NCBI GenBank assembly: GCA_964019335.1
Contig: OZ025659.1
Coordinates: 372,001-436,000, forward strand
Direction of reading: 5' to 3'
From: Diplonema japonicum
Taxonomy: Eukaryota; Protista; Euglenozoa: Diplonemea
DNA: 64,000 bases
Shown one piece after another: positions 11,408 to 22,619 of the stretch. Both the position numbers and the translations under genes were made by a program. Under the pieces are notes generated by a model. That model made no database searches and had not been told where the DNA came from. It saw only the letters and a list, made by a program, of their open reading frames with translations. Every line of letters begins with the position of its first letter. The stretch's first letter is position 1.

Positions 11408-12490
11408 CCTTCGTTTCTCCCCACCTTGTAATAGTGCGAAACACAAATATATATAAAAAAAAAAAAAAAAAAAACATACGCAGGGTGCGGTGATTTAATT
11501 TCTCTTTGTTCTCCTTTTTTTTTTTGAAAGACCTTGCTGTGCTCTTTCCTGCCTCTCTTTCTTTGTTTTTGGTGGTGGGGATAACATGAAAATATAAGAA
11601 AAACATCAGATGTGTTGTTCGCTGTTGACCTCCTCGTCGGTCATCACCGGTAGCGCCCGAGTGGAAGAACATAATGCAGATGCTCAGGGTGACGAACAGG
11701 CAGCAAACTGCACGAGCGCAGAATCTTGGTTACCCGGGACGCACCGGCTGGGGTTGAGCTGTACACCGCACGCATTAAGGACACGACGCGGAACGCAGAA
11801 GAAGCTACAACTCGGCCGCGGCGCGCCCCTGTAATCAAGTAGACAGTTCTTGTGCAGGGTGCCGCCAACACCTCCTTTAACTCATATATTTGTTTTTTCT
11901 TTTTTCCATATGTACTCCTTTGTGTGATTCGATTTATATTTTCTTCCAAAAGGCAACTTTAATGGAGAACAAAAGAGGAAAAAAAGGAGGGACACAGGTT
12001 CTGCGCCTTTTTTTTCCCCTTTTTATTTATTCATTCCCCCCCCCCCCCCCATCTCCGTTAATTGCCGGATTTTTTTTTCTTTTTTTTTTGGGTGTGGTGT
12101 TCTTGTGGACCCCATTAGTTTCCAACTTTCATACAATTTTATTCCTCCCCCCCCCTATTTCTTTTTTTGAGTTCAACCCAAACAAGGAAAACAAAGGAAA
12201 AGAGGTATTTTTTTTTGGGGGAAAAAAAAAAGAAAAAGAAAAAGAAGACACAAAAAGGAGGAAGAACTAAAAGGGGGGGATCTAAATTAAAAAAAATAAA
12301 AAAAAATACTATTTATTTCACAACGAAACAATGAATTTTTTTTTGTCACCTAATTCACGGGAAACTTTTTTTTTTCCCTCCGAGAGAGAGTGACAAAATA
12401 TTCCTTGGGTGGATAAAGGTGGTTATTTTACTCTCCTCAATGTTACCTCGTTCAGCCCACCAGAACTGAAAAAATACGGGAACGAAATAT

Positions 12491-12562
12491 CGTCAGGCCA
12501 GGATCGAACCTGGGACCACAATACATTTTGCTGGACTAGTGCGTTACCAATCGCTTCTTGCC
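12491..12562 (-). pseudogene. Degenerate tRNA or tRNA-derived SINE head
   Basis: Minus strand has a D-arm/A-box-like GCG-ATTGGTAA-CGC and an intact T-arm CCAGG-TTCGAT-CCTGG (B box GGTTCGATCC). The anticodon arm is unpaired and the acceptor stem mismatched. Confidence 0.55.
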
Positions 12563-12989
12563 TTGCAAGAAATAATATTGGGCCGCAGTGTAGTACAGTT
12601 GAGAGGAGTGCAATAAAAAAAAAAAAGGTATAGAGGAGAGAACAAGGAGAGAAAGAAACTTAAGGGGGGGAGGGAGAAAAAGAACATATACGTGTGCCCC
12701 CCCCCCCCCCCCCCCCCGTTTCTTCTTCTTTTTAATTCTCCCTTCGCCATTTTTTTTCTCTTCCGTGTTTCTTTTTCTCCCGTTCTTCTTCTTTTTTTTT
12801 TCTCTTCCAATTTCCAACACTCCATCCATACTAACCCTTCCCCCTATCCCAGTCATGATTTTTTTGATTGCACGCTTAACGCCAACTAGTGTTGCAATCA
12901 AAGCCCCATTTTTTTTCTCTTTTTTTTTTTCAATTCTTCCTTAAAATTCACCCATATTTCAAGTGATTCAAAAAAAAAAGAAAAAAAAA

Positions 12990-14256
12990 ATGATAGTAAT
13001 TATCCTCGTTGCGGTGGCACTGCTGTTCCCTTACCTAACGGGCGGAGACGAGCTAGAAGCCACTCGGGAGTACGCAAAAGAAGAAGAAAGCGATGTCATC
13101 GTTCCTGTGGACAGAACCCCCTGCAAATGCGGGGTTTGCACCAATGGGAACACGACCGAGATACTTATCTCGGCAAACGCAAGCGTCCCAACCCATTTAA
13201 AAAGCAGGGTCTACCTCGCGGCCCACAGGGGCACGAGCAGCAACAAAAAAAAACGGCAAAAACCCCTATTCCTATATCTATGTGAAAGACGGCCTCTTCC
13301 CGGCTACCCCCACGCAATGAAGCCCCCTGTGAACATGCGGACACCAAGGGTCTCGACATCCAACCCCCACGGGCTTGCGTATGGGAGTCTCTTCAAAAAA
13401 GCTGCAGGTGCCAAAAAATCGCTTTCAAAATACTGTGTGAATACAAACCGCACGGTCGCGCTGTTTTTAGGAGACTCCCTCACATTCGGGACGTTGGTGC
13501 AGAGCAGGTTCAACTGGCCTGTTGCCGTCGATCCTAAAACAGGTTTCGAGCCAAACAACAGCATACATTCTACGGCACTGTACTGGAGAGTTGCCATTCA
13601 AATGCTTGAAAATCGTATCCCGTCAAAGAGGGGAACACCGCCGCAAAGCGGAGAATACTGGTGGAGACGCTCGTACCCTGTGGGCAGGGGCGGGATGACT
13701 GCTGCAGAATTCAACGAGGATTACCTCAATGCGACAATTGAGTTCCTGGAGGGGAGCAAGTCGGGGGAGGTCACTCTCGTTTCGTATTTCCTGGGTATCA
13801 ATGATGCCCTAGTTGAAGCTGAGAACCGAGTCAACGCCAGTGAAAGCTTCACCCACGCCGCCGACACAGCCTTGACAGAGATTCGTAAAAGATTCAAAGG
13901 CCCTATCATCATTGGGACGATCCCCTTCAGCACCGACCCCGGCAGGCTGTCCGGGGAGTGGATCGCACGTGACGTGTGGTACAACTGGGCGCTTGACCCG
14001 ATCAACGATGCTGTTCGCACGCTTGCAAAGAAGCACCACGCGGGTATAGGTGACTATTTTTACACCCTCTCGCACTGGAGGAAACATCTGCCGCAGATAG
14101 ACGGTGTTCACCCTGCTTGGTGGGCTCATAAGGTTTTTTTCCCCTTCCCCCCCGATGAACCCAACACAGGCCATCGCCATCGAGCTCCTCAAAGGCCTTG
14201 AACAAGCGCTAGACATCATGCCGCACGGGACATACTGCACCAACAGAACGCGGTAG
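12990..14256 (+). CDS. Secreted/signal-anchored SGNH (GDSL) hydrolase
   Basis: Blocks FLGDSLT, GRGG, LGIND and DGVHP. Intron 14133-14169 restores the C-terminal helix HKAIAIELLKGL. N-terminal hydrophobic segment. Confidence 0.85.
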
Positions 14257-14431
14257 CACTAAGAGGTGACAAGAGAAAGTACACGGGGGGGGGGGGGGGG
14301 GGGGGAGGCTTATTGCTTTGTTTTGTTTTTTTTAATTAACAGTTCTTTTTTTTTTCTCTTGTTTTTTTCTCCTCTAAAAAACTTTTTTTTTTGTTTGTTG
14401 AAAGTTTGCTCTTTTACAGGGTCAGTACACA

Positions 14432-14985
14432 ATGGCGGACGAGGAACAAGATGTGAACGAAGAGGGGACAGAGCTGAGCCCTATGCTGGTGCAAGTGACA
14501 GCGGAGAATTTCGAAGAGTTGTACACCAGTGAGGTATTTATTTTCTTTTTTATTTTTCTTTTGAGAAAATACCACACAGGGTAAACTAGTGGTATCTACG
14601 GTTGTGAGCAGTAAATGCAAGTATTGCAAAGAGATGATTCCCTTTATCAGTCAGACAGCCGCCAAGGCTGAGGAGTACCCTAATGCCACATTCCTGCTTA
14701 TCGATGGCGATGTGGCTCCAGAAGGCGCACGGAAATTGAATGTGAGCATGGTCCCTGCATTCGCCTTCAGTTTGAACGTATGCATTAAATACAGAGTGAC
14801 ACCCACCGCAGGGCACCGTATTAGAAACCTTTACCGGCAACAACACTGAGAAGTTTATGGGCCTCTTGAAGAACACATACCACAAGCGAAATGAGCAAAT
14901 GAAAGAGAAGGATGCTGCGGACGCTGCTGCTGCACAGGCGGCGGCAGCAGCAGCAGCCGAGGCCGCCCCTGCAGAAGAAGAGTGA
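14432..14985 (+). CDS. Thioredoxin-fold protein (CKYC) with Ala/Glu-rich tail; possibly an axonemal dynein thioredoxin-type light chain
   Basis: Exons 14432-14533, 14580-14777 and 14812-14985 (introns of 46 and 34 nt). VTAENFEEL, CKYC, YPNATFLLID, cis-Pro loop VPAF, FTGNN. Missing as a whole from the ORF track. Confidence 0.85.
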
Positions 14986-15128
14986 ATTAGAAAACAATAA
15001 CACCCCCCCAGCAACAGCTGTTGAAAAAACATCTGTCAGCAGGCAGTGACAATAACAGTTTTTTTTCCCCCCGCTTTTTGTTTCTCTTTCCACGAGGATG
15101 TGTTTACATTGTACAAACAGGGCACACG

Positions 15129-18100
15129 ATGTACAGACTAGCTCTCCTGCTGGCTGTGCCAATGGTGGCATGCCAGGATGTGATGGAGTGCTGGGAGGTC
15201 GTGCCGCCACCTGCTTACTGTGTGGACCTTGGTTTGGTGCCTGATCAATGCGCAGGCACGCCTCCTCCTATTTGCGTCACAAAAGCACGGTGCAAGTGGG
15301 ACTCGATGGCCTGCGTGTTCGTGCCCCCGACGCAGACCTGTCAAGGCATCACGTTGCAAAGCCTGTGCAATGGCATGTGTGAGTGGGTAGCCGGGAAGTG
15401 CCTGCAAGGTGGGAACTGCCTGTCATACACAGAACCCCAATGCAACACGTCGTCCTCATGCATGTGGTCCATGGGTGTCTGCACGCAAACAGACTACAGT
15501 CCTACTTGCGACCAAAACACCGACCCTGTAACCTGTCAAGCAGCACCTCTCTGTCAGTACACGCCATACGGCACCTGTGTGCAACCCTCCGGTGGCGGTG
15601 GCCCCCCTCCGCATCAGAACTCGGACATTCAGCTCACGCTCACTGTCGATAATGTGAACAATCTCCCTGAGAACATGACCGTCCCTGAGATGCAGGCCTA
15701 CATCGGCTACCTCCTTTACGTCTACAAGAACGAGACCACATCCAACCTCATGGATGCGGGCCTTGACACCAAGAACTGCACCCTCGGTGCCTTCCTGTTC
15801 AAAGTGGACCCCTTGGCGAAGAGGGTCAACTTTGTATACATCATGTCGCAGGATAGCTACTGCTTGGCGATAGGGAAGCTAGCCGTGGCCGTGTACGAGG
15901 AGCTCAAGGCTACTAAGAAGGTGCAGACCACGAATTTGTTAGCTACGCTGAATCTGAAGAGCAACGACACCCCCCAAACGGTGTGGGTAGGGGCAGAGGA
16001 GGTGGAAGCTGATACGGAAGTCTCTATCGTGAGCAAGGTGATGCACCTCCGCCGGCAGTACCCCGTGCTGGACCCACGGGCAGCCGCAGCTGCCAACTAC
16101 GACTGGGAACAGAAGTCCAAGCTGAACAACACAGGCCTGTCAGTCGTAGAAAACTCCGACTGGTGTAATGAGTTCATCGTCACATTGAAATGCAACATCA
16201 CAACCCAGCAGGATGTCTGCACCACGTGCTACCCTCGTCTGAGGACCAAGATGGCAGCAGACCCCAAGCTGCGCTTTACCCTAGCACAGCAGTGCACTGG
16301 GCAGACTGTGGCCACGCTGTTATACCTGAGCGAAGTGCAGTGTGTGCAGCACAATGGGGTGTACTGCCTACCTCTCGTGAAAGACACCTTCTACACTTTG
16401 CAGGCCGCCGTTGAAACCCAAGGAGTGATCTTCGACATCGCAGCACTGAGCTCAGTGCTGAACACTCACTGCAGCCCCTGTGTGTTCAAGACCGCGTCTG
16501 CTATGAAGCGCTACGACAGCATCCTCACCTTCTTAGGGTCTTCCTCCACGAGCGTCTCGAAGGGCACGCTCTCTTTCATCAACACTGTGTGCAGGACGGG
16601 GGGTGGCGGGATGCCATGCTACCCGGGGATGCAAACTGCCATCCTTGCAGGGGGCGTCACGGAGCTGCCCTCAAGCCAGCTGTGCGGCACGGCGAACAGC
16701 TGCAAGATGGTGACCGCCGCAGCAAGGGCGGAGACGTCAGTGTCGAGGCAGAGGCTCGAGCTGTTGTGCGTCAACGGAGACAGCGCGAAGTGCGGCGACC
16801 TCTACGAGGAGAGCATAAAGAAAGTACCCTTGAACGTCTTTTTGAATGTGCGGTGCAACCTTGCAGTGATGACGTACACAGGCACGGGCGCCTGCCTTGA
16901 ATACATCGCCGGTAGGAACAGCACCGTCGGTACGGTGTGCAGCACTATCCTGTCGATGGGATGCTGCGGTCCGGAAGTGCTGCACACGCACATCACACGT
17001 GGTTTGGTCTCTGAAAAGGAGCTTTCTGCGGGCTTCAAAGAGCTGTGTGGCACCCAACTCCCTGCGAAGTGTGAAGGCACCACGCCCACGCCTGTCCCCA
17101 TCCACCTGTCCATCAGGACGGATGCGTACTTCCTTGACAAGACGCGTGACGAGATGATCGCTAAGCTGCGTGCCGACGTTGCTTTCTCTGTTGGCCTCCC
17201 AGTCTCCAGTGTCACGAACGGGCAACTGACCCCTGTGGCGCCCGACAAGGTTCTCGTCTCGTTCGCAGTGCAGAGCTCACCTGGCATAGAGGGCACCCTC
17301 AACAGGGTCATACGGTCCTCGGAGCTCACTGTCCTCTCTGCAGAGGCTATGTACCACGAGCGCAACTACGACGGCATGTTCAGCGTGATGCAGCGCAGCA
17401 GCGTTGCGGGCACCTCCGGCATCGTCAAGCAGAATGCTGCACAGTGCAGCACGGCCCTTGACAGGGTGCTGTCCTCGTGCAACACGACTGCCATTAAATT
17501 AATTACGCAGGACCCCGTGGCCTCTTTGGTGTCTTCTACGTGTTCCCCGAGTTGCGTAGCTACTGCGACCGAGCAGCTCGAAGCTATCACCACCCACTGC
17601 CAGCCATCGGAGAGTGCACCACTCGCGTTTTTCACTGACGTGCTCTGCGCGTATGATGTGGTGCACAGCAAGTTCTGCTACCTGCCTCTAAAGGCTGAGC
17701 TCGACACCGTGAGCACTGCGGTGAGACTCTCCGAGCTTCAGGACTCAACAACCGCTGTTCTGTGCTCCACGAATTGCAGAGACGTGATGACAAAGAGTTA
17801 CAGCCGCTACGAGGCGAGAATGAGGCGTCTAGGGCTGCACCCCTTCAAAGACGACGTTGATGCTGCCTACAGGTACATGGTGCTGCAGACGGGGTGTGGC
17901 TGTTTGAATGAGGTGAGCTCACTGTTCAGGGACCCCAGTAGTCTTGTGGACATGAACAGCACTACGGTTGATGTGTGCGGCGTGCACTATTCAGCAAAAA
18001 CGAGGTCATGCATTCGAAGAACTTCAAGCCTCGGATCGCACTCGGTGCTGACGGCGACGGACACACTGCCCACGAATGCTACAGGCATCTTCGCATCGCA

Positions 18101-18959
18101 GTGTGTGCGTGCTACCCCGACTACCCTGTGCAGGGATAGGTACCGCACGGCAAGCCTGCCTGCTGAGTGCGACCCGGTAATACTCAACGGCACCCAAAGC
18201 ACCGCCTGCGCAACGTTGTTGTGGAAGTGGATGCAAAGTGTGGGATGCTGTGCACACCACATGCTTGAAGGCACGCTGCGTTACATGACGGAAGAGGAGC
18301 GCAGTACAGCACGCGCAGCCTACGAGCGTACCTTGACAGCGTACGGGATCACGCAGCAGGGAAAATGCGAAACGGGACCTCAAGGGTTCAACCGGCAAGT
18401 CTTCATCGAGCTGAACATACCGTACGCCACTTGCGATGCGGGGTGCCTGGAGGCAGTCAAAACTGATGTGACACGCAACACAGGACTGCAGCGTGACAGC
18501 GTGGGGGTAACAGTGCAGGAGGGCACTACAGGGAGCAGGTTTGTCGTAACGCTAGAAGCAGACACTGAAGAGGACGCCATAGAAATGTCTACGGGGTTAG
18601 TCAGCAATGCAGTGAGCTACTCAGTGGACGCGACAGACGACTGGGCCACAGGACAGGCATCACCCGCACCAACACAGGTTATGGATGTAGGCTCTGTTGA
18701 GGAGAAAACCAACAATGATAATTTCTTCAACACCGATCTGGTGATCAAAATTTCGGTAGGATCGGCGGGCTTTCTGCTGGTGCTCACCACCGTGCTAGCT
18801 TTGAGGCGCAAGGTGAAAAAACCTGCTGTGACCAAGGATGATGATGTGGATACCCCACTCGACCTCACTGAGATGGGTAAAGTGCCCACACCTAACACAT
18901 CTTACTATAGAGGCAATTCACCCAATACACAAGAACCTGATGACGAGCTCACTATATGA
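15129..18959 (+). CDS. Large cysteine-rich type I membrane surface protein
   Basis: Signal peptide MYRLALLLAVPMVAC; repeated CxW Cys modules; two related GCC-containing blocks; TM ISVGSAGFLLVLTTVLAL followed by RRK. Confidence 0.8.
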   Translation: MYRLALLLAVPMVACQDVMECWEVVPPPAYCVDLGLVPDQCAGTPPPICVTKARCKWDSMACVFVPPTQTCQGITLQSLCNGMCEWVAGKCLQGGNCLSYTEPQCNTSSSCMWSMGVCTQTDYSPTCDQNTDPVTCQAAPLCQYTPYGTCVQPSGGGGPPPHQNSDIQLTLTVDNVNNLPENMTVPEMQAYIGYLLYVYKNETTSNLMDAGLDTKNCTLGAFLFKVDPLAKRVNFVYIMSQDSYCLAIGKLAVAVYEELKATKKVQTTNLLATLNLKSNDTPQTVWVGAEEVEADTEVSIVSKVMHLRRQYPVLDPRAAAAANYDWEQKSKLNNTGLSVVENSDWCNEFIVTLKCNITTQQDVCTTCYPRLRTKMAADPKLRFTLAQQCTGQTVATLLYLSEVQCVQHNGVYCLPLVKDTFYTLQAAVETQGVIFDIAALSSVLNTHCSPCVFKTASAMKRYDSILTFLGSSSTSVSKGTLSFINTVCRTGGGGMPCYPGMQTAILAGGVTELPSSQLCGTANSCKMVTAAARAETSVSRQRLELLCVNGDSAKCGDLYEESIKKVPLNVFLNVRCNLAVMTYTGTGACLEYIAGRNSTVGTVCSTILSMGCCGPEVLHTHITRGLVSEKELSAGFKELCGTQLPAKCEGTTPTPVPIHLSIRTDAYFLDKTRDEMIAKLRADVAFSVGLPVSSVTNGQLTPVAPDKVLVSFAVQSSPGIEGTLNRVIRSSELTVLSAEAMYHERNYDGMFSVMQRSSVAGTSGIVKQNAAQCSTALDRVLSSCNTTAIKLITQDPVASLVSSTCSPSCVATATEQLEAITTHCQPSESAPLAFFTDVLCAYDVVHSKFCYLPLKAELDTVSTAVRLSELQDSTTAVLCSTNCRDVMTKSYSRYEARMRRLGLHPFKDDVDAAYRYMVLQTGCGCLNEVSSLFRDPSSLVDMNSTTVDVCGVHYSAKTRSCIRRTSSLGSHSVLTATDTLPTNATGIFASQCVRATPTTLCRDRYRTASLPAECDPVILNGTQSTACATLLWKWMQSVGCCAHHMLEGTLRYMTEEERSTARAAYERTLTAYGITQQGKCETGPQGFNRQVFIELNIPYATCDAGCLEAVKTDVTRNTGLQRDSVGVTVQEGTTGSRFVVTLEADTEEDAIEMSTGLVSNAVSYSVDATDDWATGQASPAPTQVMDVGSVEEKTNNDNFFNTDLVIKISVGSAGFLLVLTTVLALRRKVKKPAVTKDDDVDTPLDLTEMGKVPTPNTSYYRGNSPNTQEPDDELTI

Positions 18960-19140
18960 AAGATGGATGTGGACAAGCGAAATGGGAAGGTGAAAAAGAA
19001 GGGAGAGGGGGGGGGAAGGCGAAATTCTCGTTATTTTTCCCCCCCTCCCCTCTTTCCCCCCCCCCCCCCCCCCCTCGCTTTACGTGTTCTTCTTTTTTTT
19101 ATTCGTCAGATCTCTCCTTTTTTTTTGTTTGTTGCGGTCT

Positions 19141-19174
<34 letters not shown>

Positions 19175-19545
19175 ACTATTATGTGTTCGCACCAATTATT
19201 TGTTTGCCCTTTTATTATGTTTTTCCTCCTTCCCTCCAGGCAGCTTTAATATAAAAAAAAGAAGACGAAAGAAGCACTGTAAACCTCTTAATTCTGCTTC
19301 CGAAAAAAAAGTTGAAAACAAAACAAAAAAAAAAAAAAAAAAAAAAGAACACCTCGGAATATATTAAAAGATTCTGTGCTGACTAAAAAAAGTTGTCCAA
19401 CAGTAATCCCCCCCTTCCCACCCCCTTCTGTTAAGTTAGGGCGTGTTACTTTCCTTATCACCTTTTTTTTTTTTTATAATTAAATCCCTCTCCTTAATAA
19501 TAAAAAAAAAACAAACAAAAAAAAAGGGAAGGGGAAGAAGGCGCG

Positions 19546-22299
19546 ATGCGGAAGTGCCTGCGCGCACTCGCGTACAAAGGCCCGGAAAGATTTCGAGTGG
19601 GCAACACATTCGGCGAGGTGCACCCGTTGAAAGGAGAAGGGTACTCAGATGGGGAAGAGAAAGCAGGCGTCGAAAGAAAAAGAGTAGAGTACACATACTT
19701 AGTAGAAGCAGGCGTGGCGGCAGAAAAACTAAAATACAAACTGGTACCCCGACACCTCGCAAAGCTCGGCGAAGCCCTTATCTTCTTAAAATCAGACGCC
19801 ACAGCAGTCTGGTCTGACAAGTGCGACGACATGGTAGCATTCCTGCTACGTGCCTTAAGGGACAACGGTCCTGATTTTACAGAAGAGGAAGCGCAATTGC
19901 AGCTTCCATTCTTAGTGAAGATGCGTAACATGTCCGACAACCATGAGGTGCAGCACGAAGTTTTCGAAATCTTCGGACGGGTCTTGCTAATGAACATGGA
20001 AAAAACCGGGCACCTCCGCACCTTTGTGTTATTCCTGTCAGCGCGGCATATTTTGGAAACCAAGGTCGGCCTCCGCCTCGCGACCGACCTCCACAATTAC
20101 CTCAAGAAGAGACCCGACAACTTAGAAGGCCTTACAAAAACAGAGCTTGTGAAAATCGTGGGCATCTTTGCTGTCGTTGAACTTGGCAAGGTTAAGTACA
20201 ATACCTCGCTGGCTCCAAAGTGGAGCAATGAAGACGTTTCGAGCCTAACCAATGCAAGGCGCATACTTCATCGTGCTGCAGACCAGCTTCTCGCACCGCC
20301 TGTGCTCAACGCGCTCACCTGCACCGACATTGTCTTCCTCTCTCAAAACTTCTCCATCGCCAAGGCCGTGCACCCCACGCTTTTCAAAGCGTTCCTGCTT
20401 CGCATGAAGGAGCCCGATGCGTACCAGCACCTCAACGTCTCTCTTTTGGTGGAGTTCGTTTTTCGAATCGCGAAGGCGAATTGCTTGCACCCGCTGCTCC
20501 TTCGCGAGGCCTTTGTTCCCTTTGCGAAATGGTTCAAACGATCGCACACGTACTCCCTCCTATTGGGTTCCGACTGTGTGCTCATCCTGCGTGCCTACGC
20601 AGACTTGCGATTGAAGGACGCCCAGCTTTTAGATATGCTGGCTAAGCGTATTTTAGAGACGGGTGTCACTCTGCGTGGTCTTGCGAGTGTCATCACTTAC
20701 GTTGCTTTGCTCAAGATGAACCCCCGGTGCCTCGTTGATCTCTGTGAAGAGGCCATCCGCAAGAACCTCGTGGACGACCCCCTGTGGGATGTCAACAACA
20801 TGGTGCGCACCTTGTCGCACGTCTACAAGTCGGCGACCATGCCCGCCAGCGTCAAGGCGTGGTTCCAGCTGGTCATCGCGAAGCAGAGCACTATGCAACA
20901 CGACCTCCCGAACACCGTCATGCTGATCGAGTCGATGTCACGGGTACGCGATGTCGGAAAACATGACATGGACACCTTCGAGTCCCTAGTGCGGCAGGTT
21001 GTCAGGTACCTTGACATCGCAGAGCGGGACCCCGAGAACAACGCCGTCAAGAACCTAACAGAGCGTGTCTTGGCTACGTACATCTGGTCCGTTGCACCGT
21101 TCAAGAAGCTCCACCACTACATGGTCAGGGCATTGCGATTCCTCGTAACAAGCGAGGATCTTGTGTCAAGCCTGCACCCCACATTGCTGCCGTGGGTGCT
21201 GGCAGCCTTTGAGCACTACAACGGACCCGTTGAGCTGCGAGACCTGGTCGGGAAGGTGATCTTAGATCACGCGCTGCAGCCGCACGTGTTGGTTGAATTC
21301 GACGCGCACTCCGTGTGGTTCTTGGTGAGGGTGCTAGCGAACGCGAACATGGCGGAGATGCACGAAGAGGAGGTGAACACGTTGCTGACGAGGGTCCGGC
21401 AGGACGAGCAGCTGCTGGATGCTATGACGTACCAAGTGGGCATCAGCCTCATGAACGAGCTGGTCAGGTTGCACTCCAATGGTGTCCTTGCGGAGCCCAA
21501 CGCGCTCCCTTTCATCTCCGATATCTTCAAACGCCGTATCAGCCCTAACCTGCAACACGTTGCGAACGACCCTTTGGTAGCCCTGAAGTTGTTCCGCTGC
21601 GCCAGTCGGTTACGAACTAAAGACCCGACCATCCTAGCAGGCCTTGTGCGTCTTGCACCCGATCTTGCTACCTGTGCATCGTACTCTGTCATCCAGCGTG
21701 GACATATCATCTCCACTCTGTCGCTTCTGCGTGTCATCAAGCCTGCTGTGATGGACAGCGTCAGCACCTTGTACCTCTCGACACGTGAGGCGCTCGAGGC
21801 TAAAGACTTGAAGTGGCTTTTATATGGTATTGCCAAGTGCCAAGCTGATTTTTCATACTTCGAGGGCCTGTGTGCTTTGGCCATCACAGACAGCGGTGAA
21901 CTGCGGGGGCCGTACGACAGCCCCGACCTCACGCTTATCTTTTGGTCGTTGTGCTCTGCGCGCGTCTTTCCACCTGCATTCACCCGTTTGCTCTGTGACG
22001 AGTTGGTCGCCTTGGAATCACTGTCGCAGCACCCGTTCTCGCATGTCAAGCGCAACAACATGGTCACCATCCTCACGGGGTTGGCGTCAGCAGACACCCC
22101 ACCGCAGGACATCAACAAGGTCCTCGAGCTCCTCCTTCGAAGCGCTGTGCGCAACGATGCTCTTGTGTCCATCGACTACCTGCAAATGAACCGTCTCATC
22201 ACCTTCCTTGTGGATCGCAGAGTCGAGTGCCCCGAGTTTTTCCGAGCAGCGCGGCAGGCCATCATCAGCCGGAAGATCGAGGAAGGAGTGACAGACTAG
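19546..22299 (+). CDS. Alpha-helical repeat protein (OPR/HPR/FASTK-like), possibly mitochondrial RNA-binding
   Basis: 917-aa Leu-rich ORF with short helical repeats (e.g. LILRAYADLRLKDAQLL, LTLIFWSLCSARVFPPAF) and a basic N-terminus. Family assignment tentative. Confidence 0.55.
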   Translation: MRKCLRALAYKGPERFRVGNTFGEVHPLKGEGYSDGEEKAGVERKRVEYTYLVEAGVAAEKLKYKLVPRHLAKLGEALIFLKSDATAVWSDKCDDMVAFLLRALRDNGPDFTEEEAQLQLPFLVKMRNMSDNHEVQHEVFEIFGRVLLMNMEKTGHLRTFVLFLSARHILETKVGLRLATDLHNYLKKRPDNLEGLTKTELVKIVGIFAVVELGKVKYNTSLAPKWSNEDVSSLTNARRILHRAADQLLAPPVLNALTCTDIVFLSQNFSIAKAVHPTLFKAFLLRMKEPDAYQHLNVSLLVEFVFRIAKANCLHPLLLREAFVPFAKWFKRSHTYSLLLGSDCVLILRAYADLRLKDAQLLDMLAKRILETGVTLRGLASVITYVALLKMNPRCLVDLCEEAIRKNLVDDPLWDVNNMVRTLSHVYKSATMPASVKAWFQLVIAKQSTMQHDLPNTVMLIESMSRVRDVGKHDMDTFESLVRQVVRYLDIAERDPENNAVKNLTERVLATYIWSVAPFKKLHHYMVRALRFLVTSEDLVSSLHPTLLPWVLAAFEHYNGPVELRDLVGKVILDHALQPHVLVEFDAHSVWFLVRVLANANMAEMHEEEVNTLLTRVRQDEQLLDAMTYQVGISLMNELVRLHSNGVLAEPNALPFISDIFKRRISPNLQHVANDPLVALKLFRCASRLRTKDPTILAGLVRLAPDLATCASYSVIQRGHIISTLSLLRVIKPAVMDSVSTLYLSTREALEAKDLKWLLYGIAKCQADFSYFEGLCALAITDSGELRGPYDSPDLTLIFWSLCSARVFPPAFTRLLCDELVALESLSQHPFSHVKRNNMVTILTGLASADTPPQDINKVLELLLRSAVRNDALVSIDYLQMNRLITFLVDRRVECPEFFRAARQAIISRKIEEGVTD

Positions 22300-22619
22300 A
22301 GGATCATGTTTTGCTAACGGGCGTAGCCCTTATGATTTTTATTTGATGTCACGCGCTTGTCGTTTCCGCGATTTTATTATCAATGAATTTCCCATTTTTC
22401 ATCCCAACCGGTTGCCACGGGGTCGGACATCCGCTTTTTTTCGAAGCTTCATGTGCGGCGTGTCTTCCTGAAGAGAAGAGAGACCACCTTCCTCTTCATT
22501 TTAGCTGAGGCACCAAAGGAATGTTTCCTTTGAAAACCACCGAAATATTTACCCAAATAAATCGCGGAAACTCAGTGTTTTTACTGGGGGGGGAGAAAAT
22601 CGCAACAGGAAGGTGGGAC

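Noticed and set aside
11811-11857. U2 snRNA-like words (CTCGGCC, ATCAAGT, GTTCTT)
   Set aside because: Stem I and stem IIa do not form and no branch-recognition segment is evident; likely chance without covariance-model support.
11608-11885. Selenoprotein-style in-frame TGA on the minus strand
   Set aside because: No suitable start, no redox motif, no visible SECIS.
12491-12562. Functional tRNA gene
   Set aside because: Anticodon and acceptor stems do not pair.
4686-12901. Many poly-F/poly-K ORFs here and in other spacers
   Set aside because: Artefacts of stop-free A/T homopolymers.
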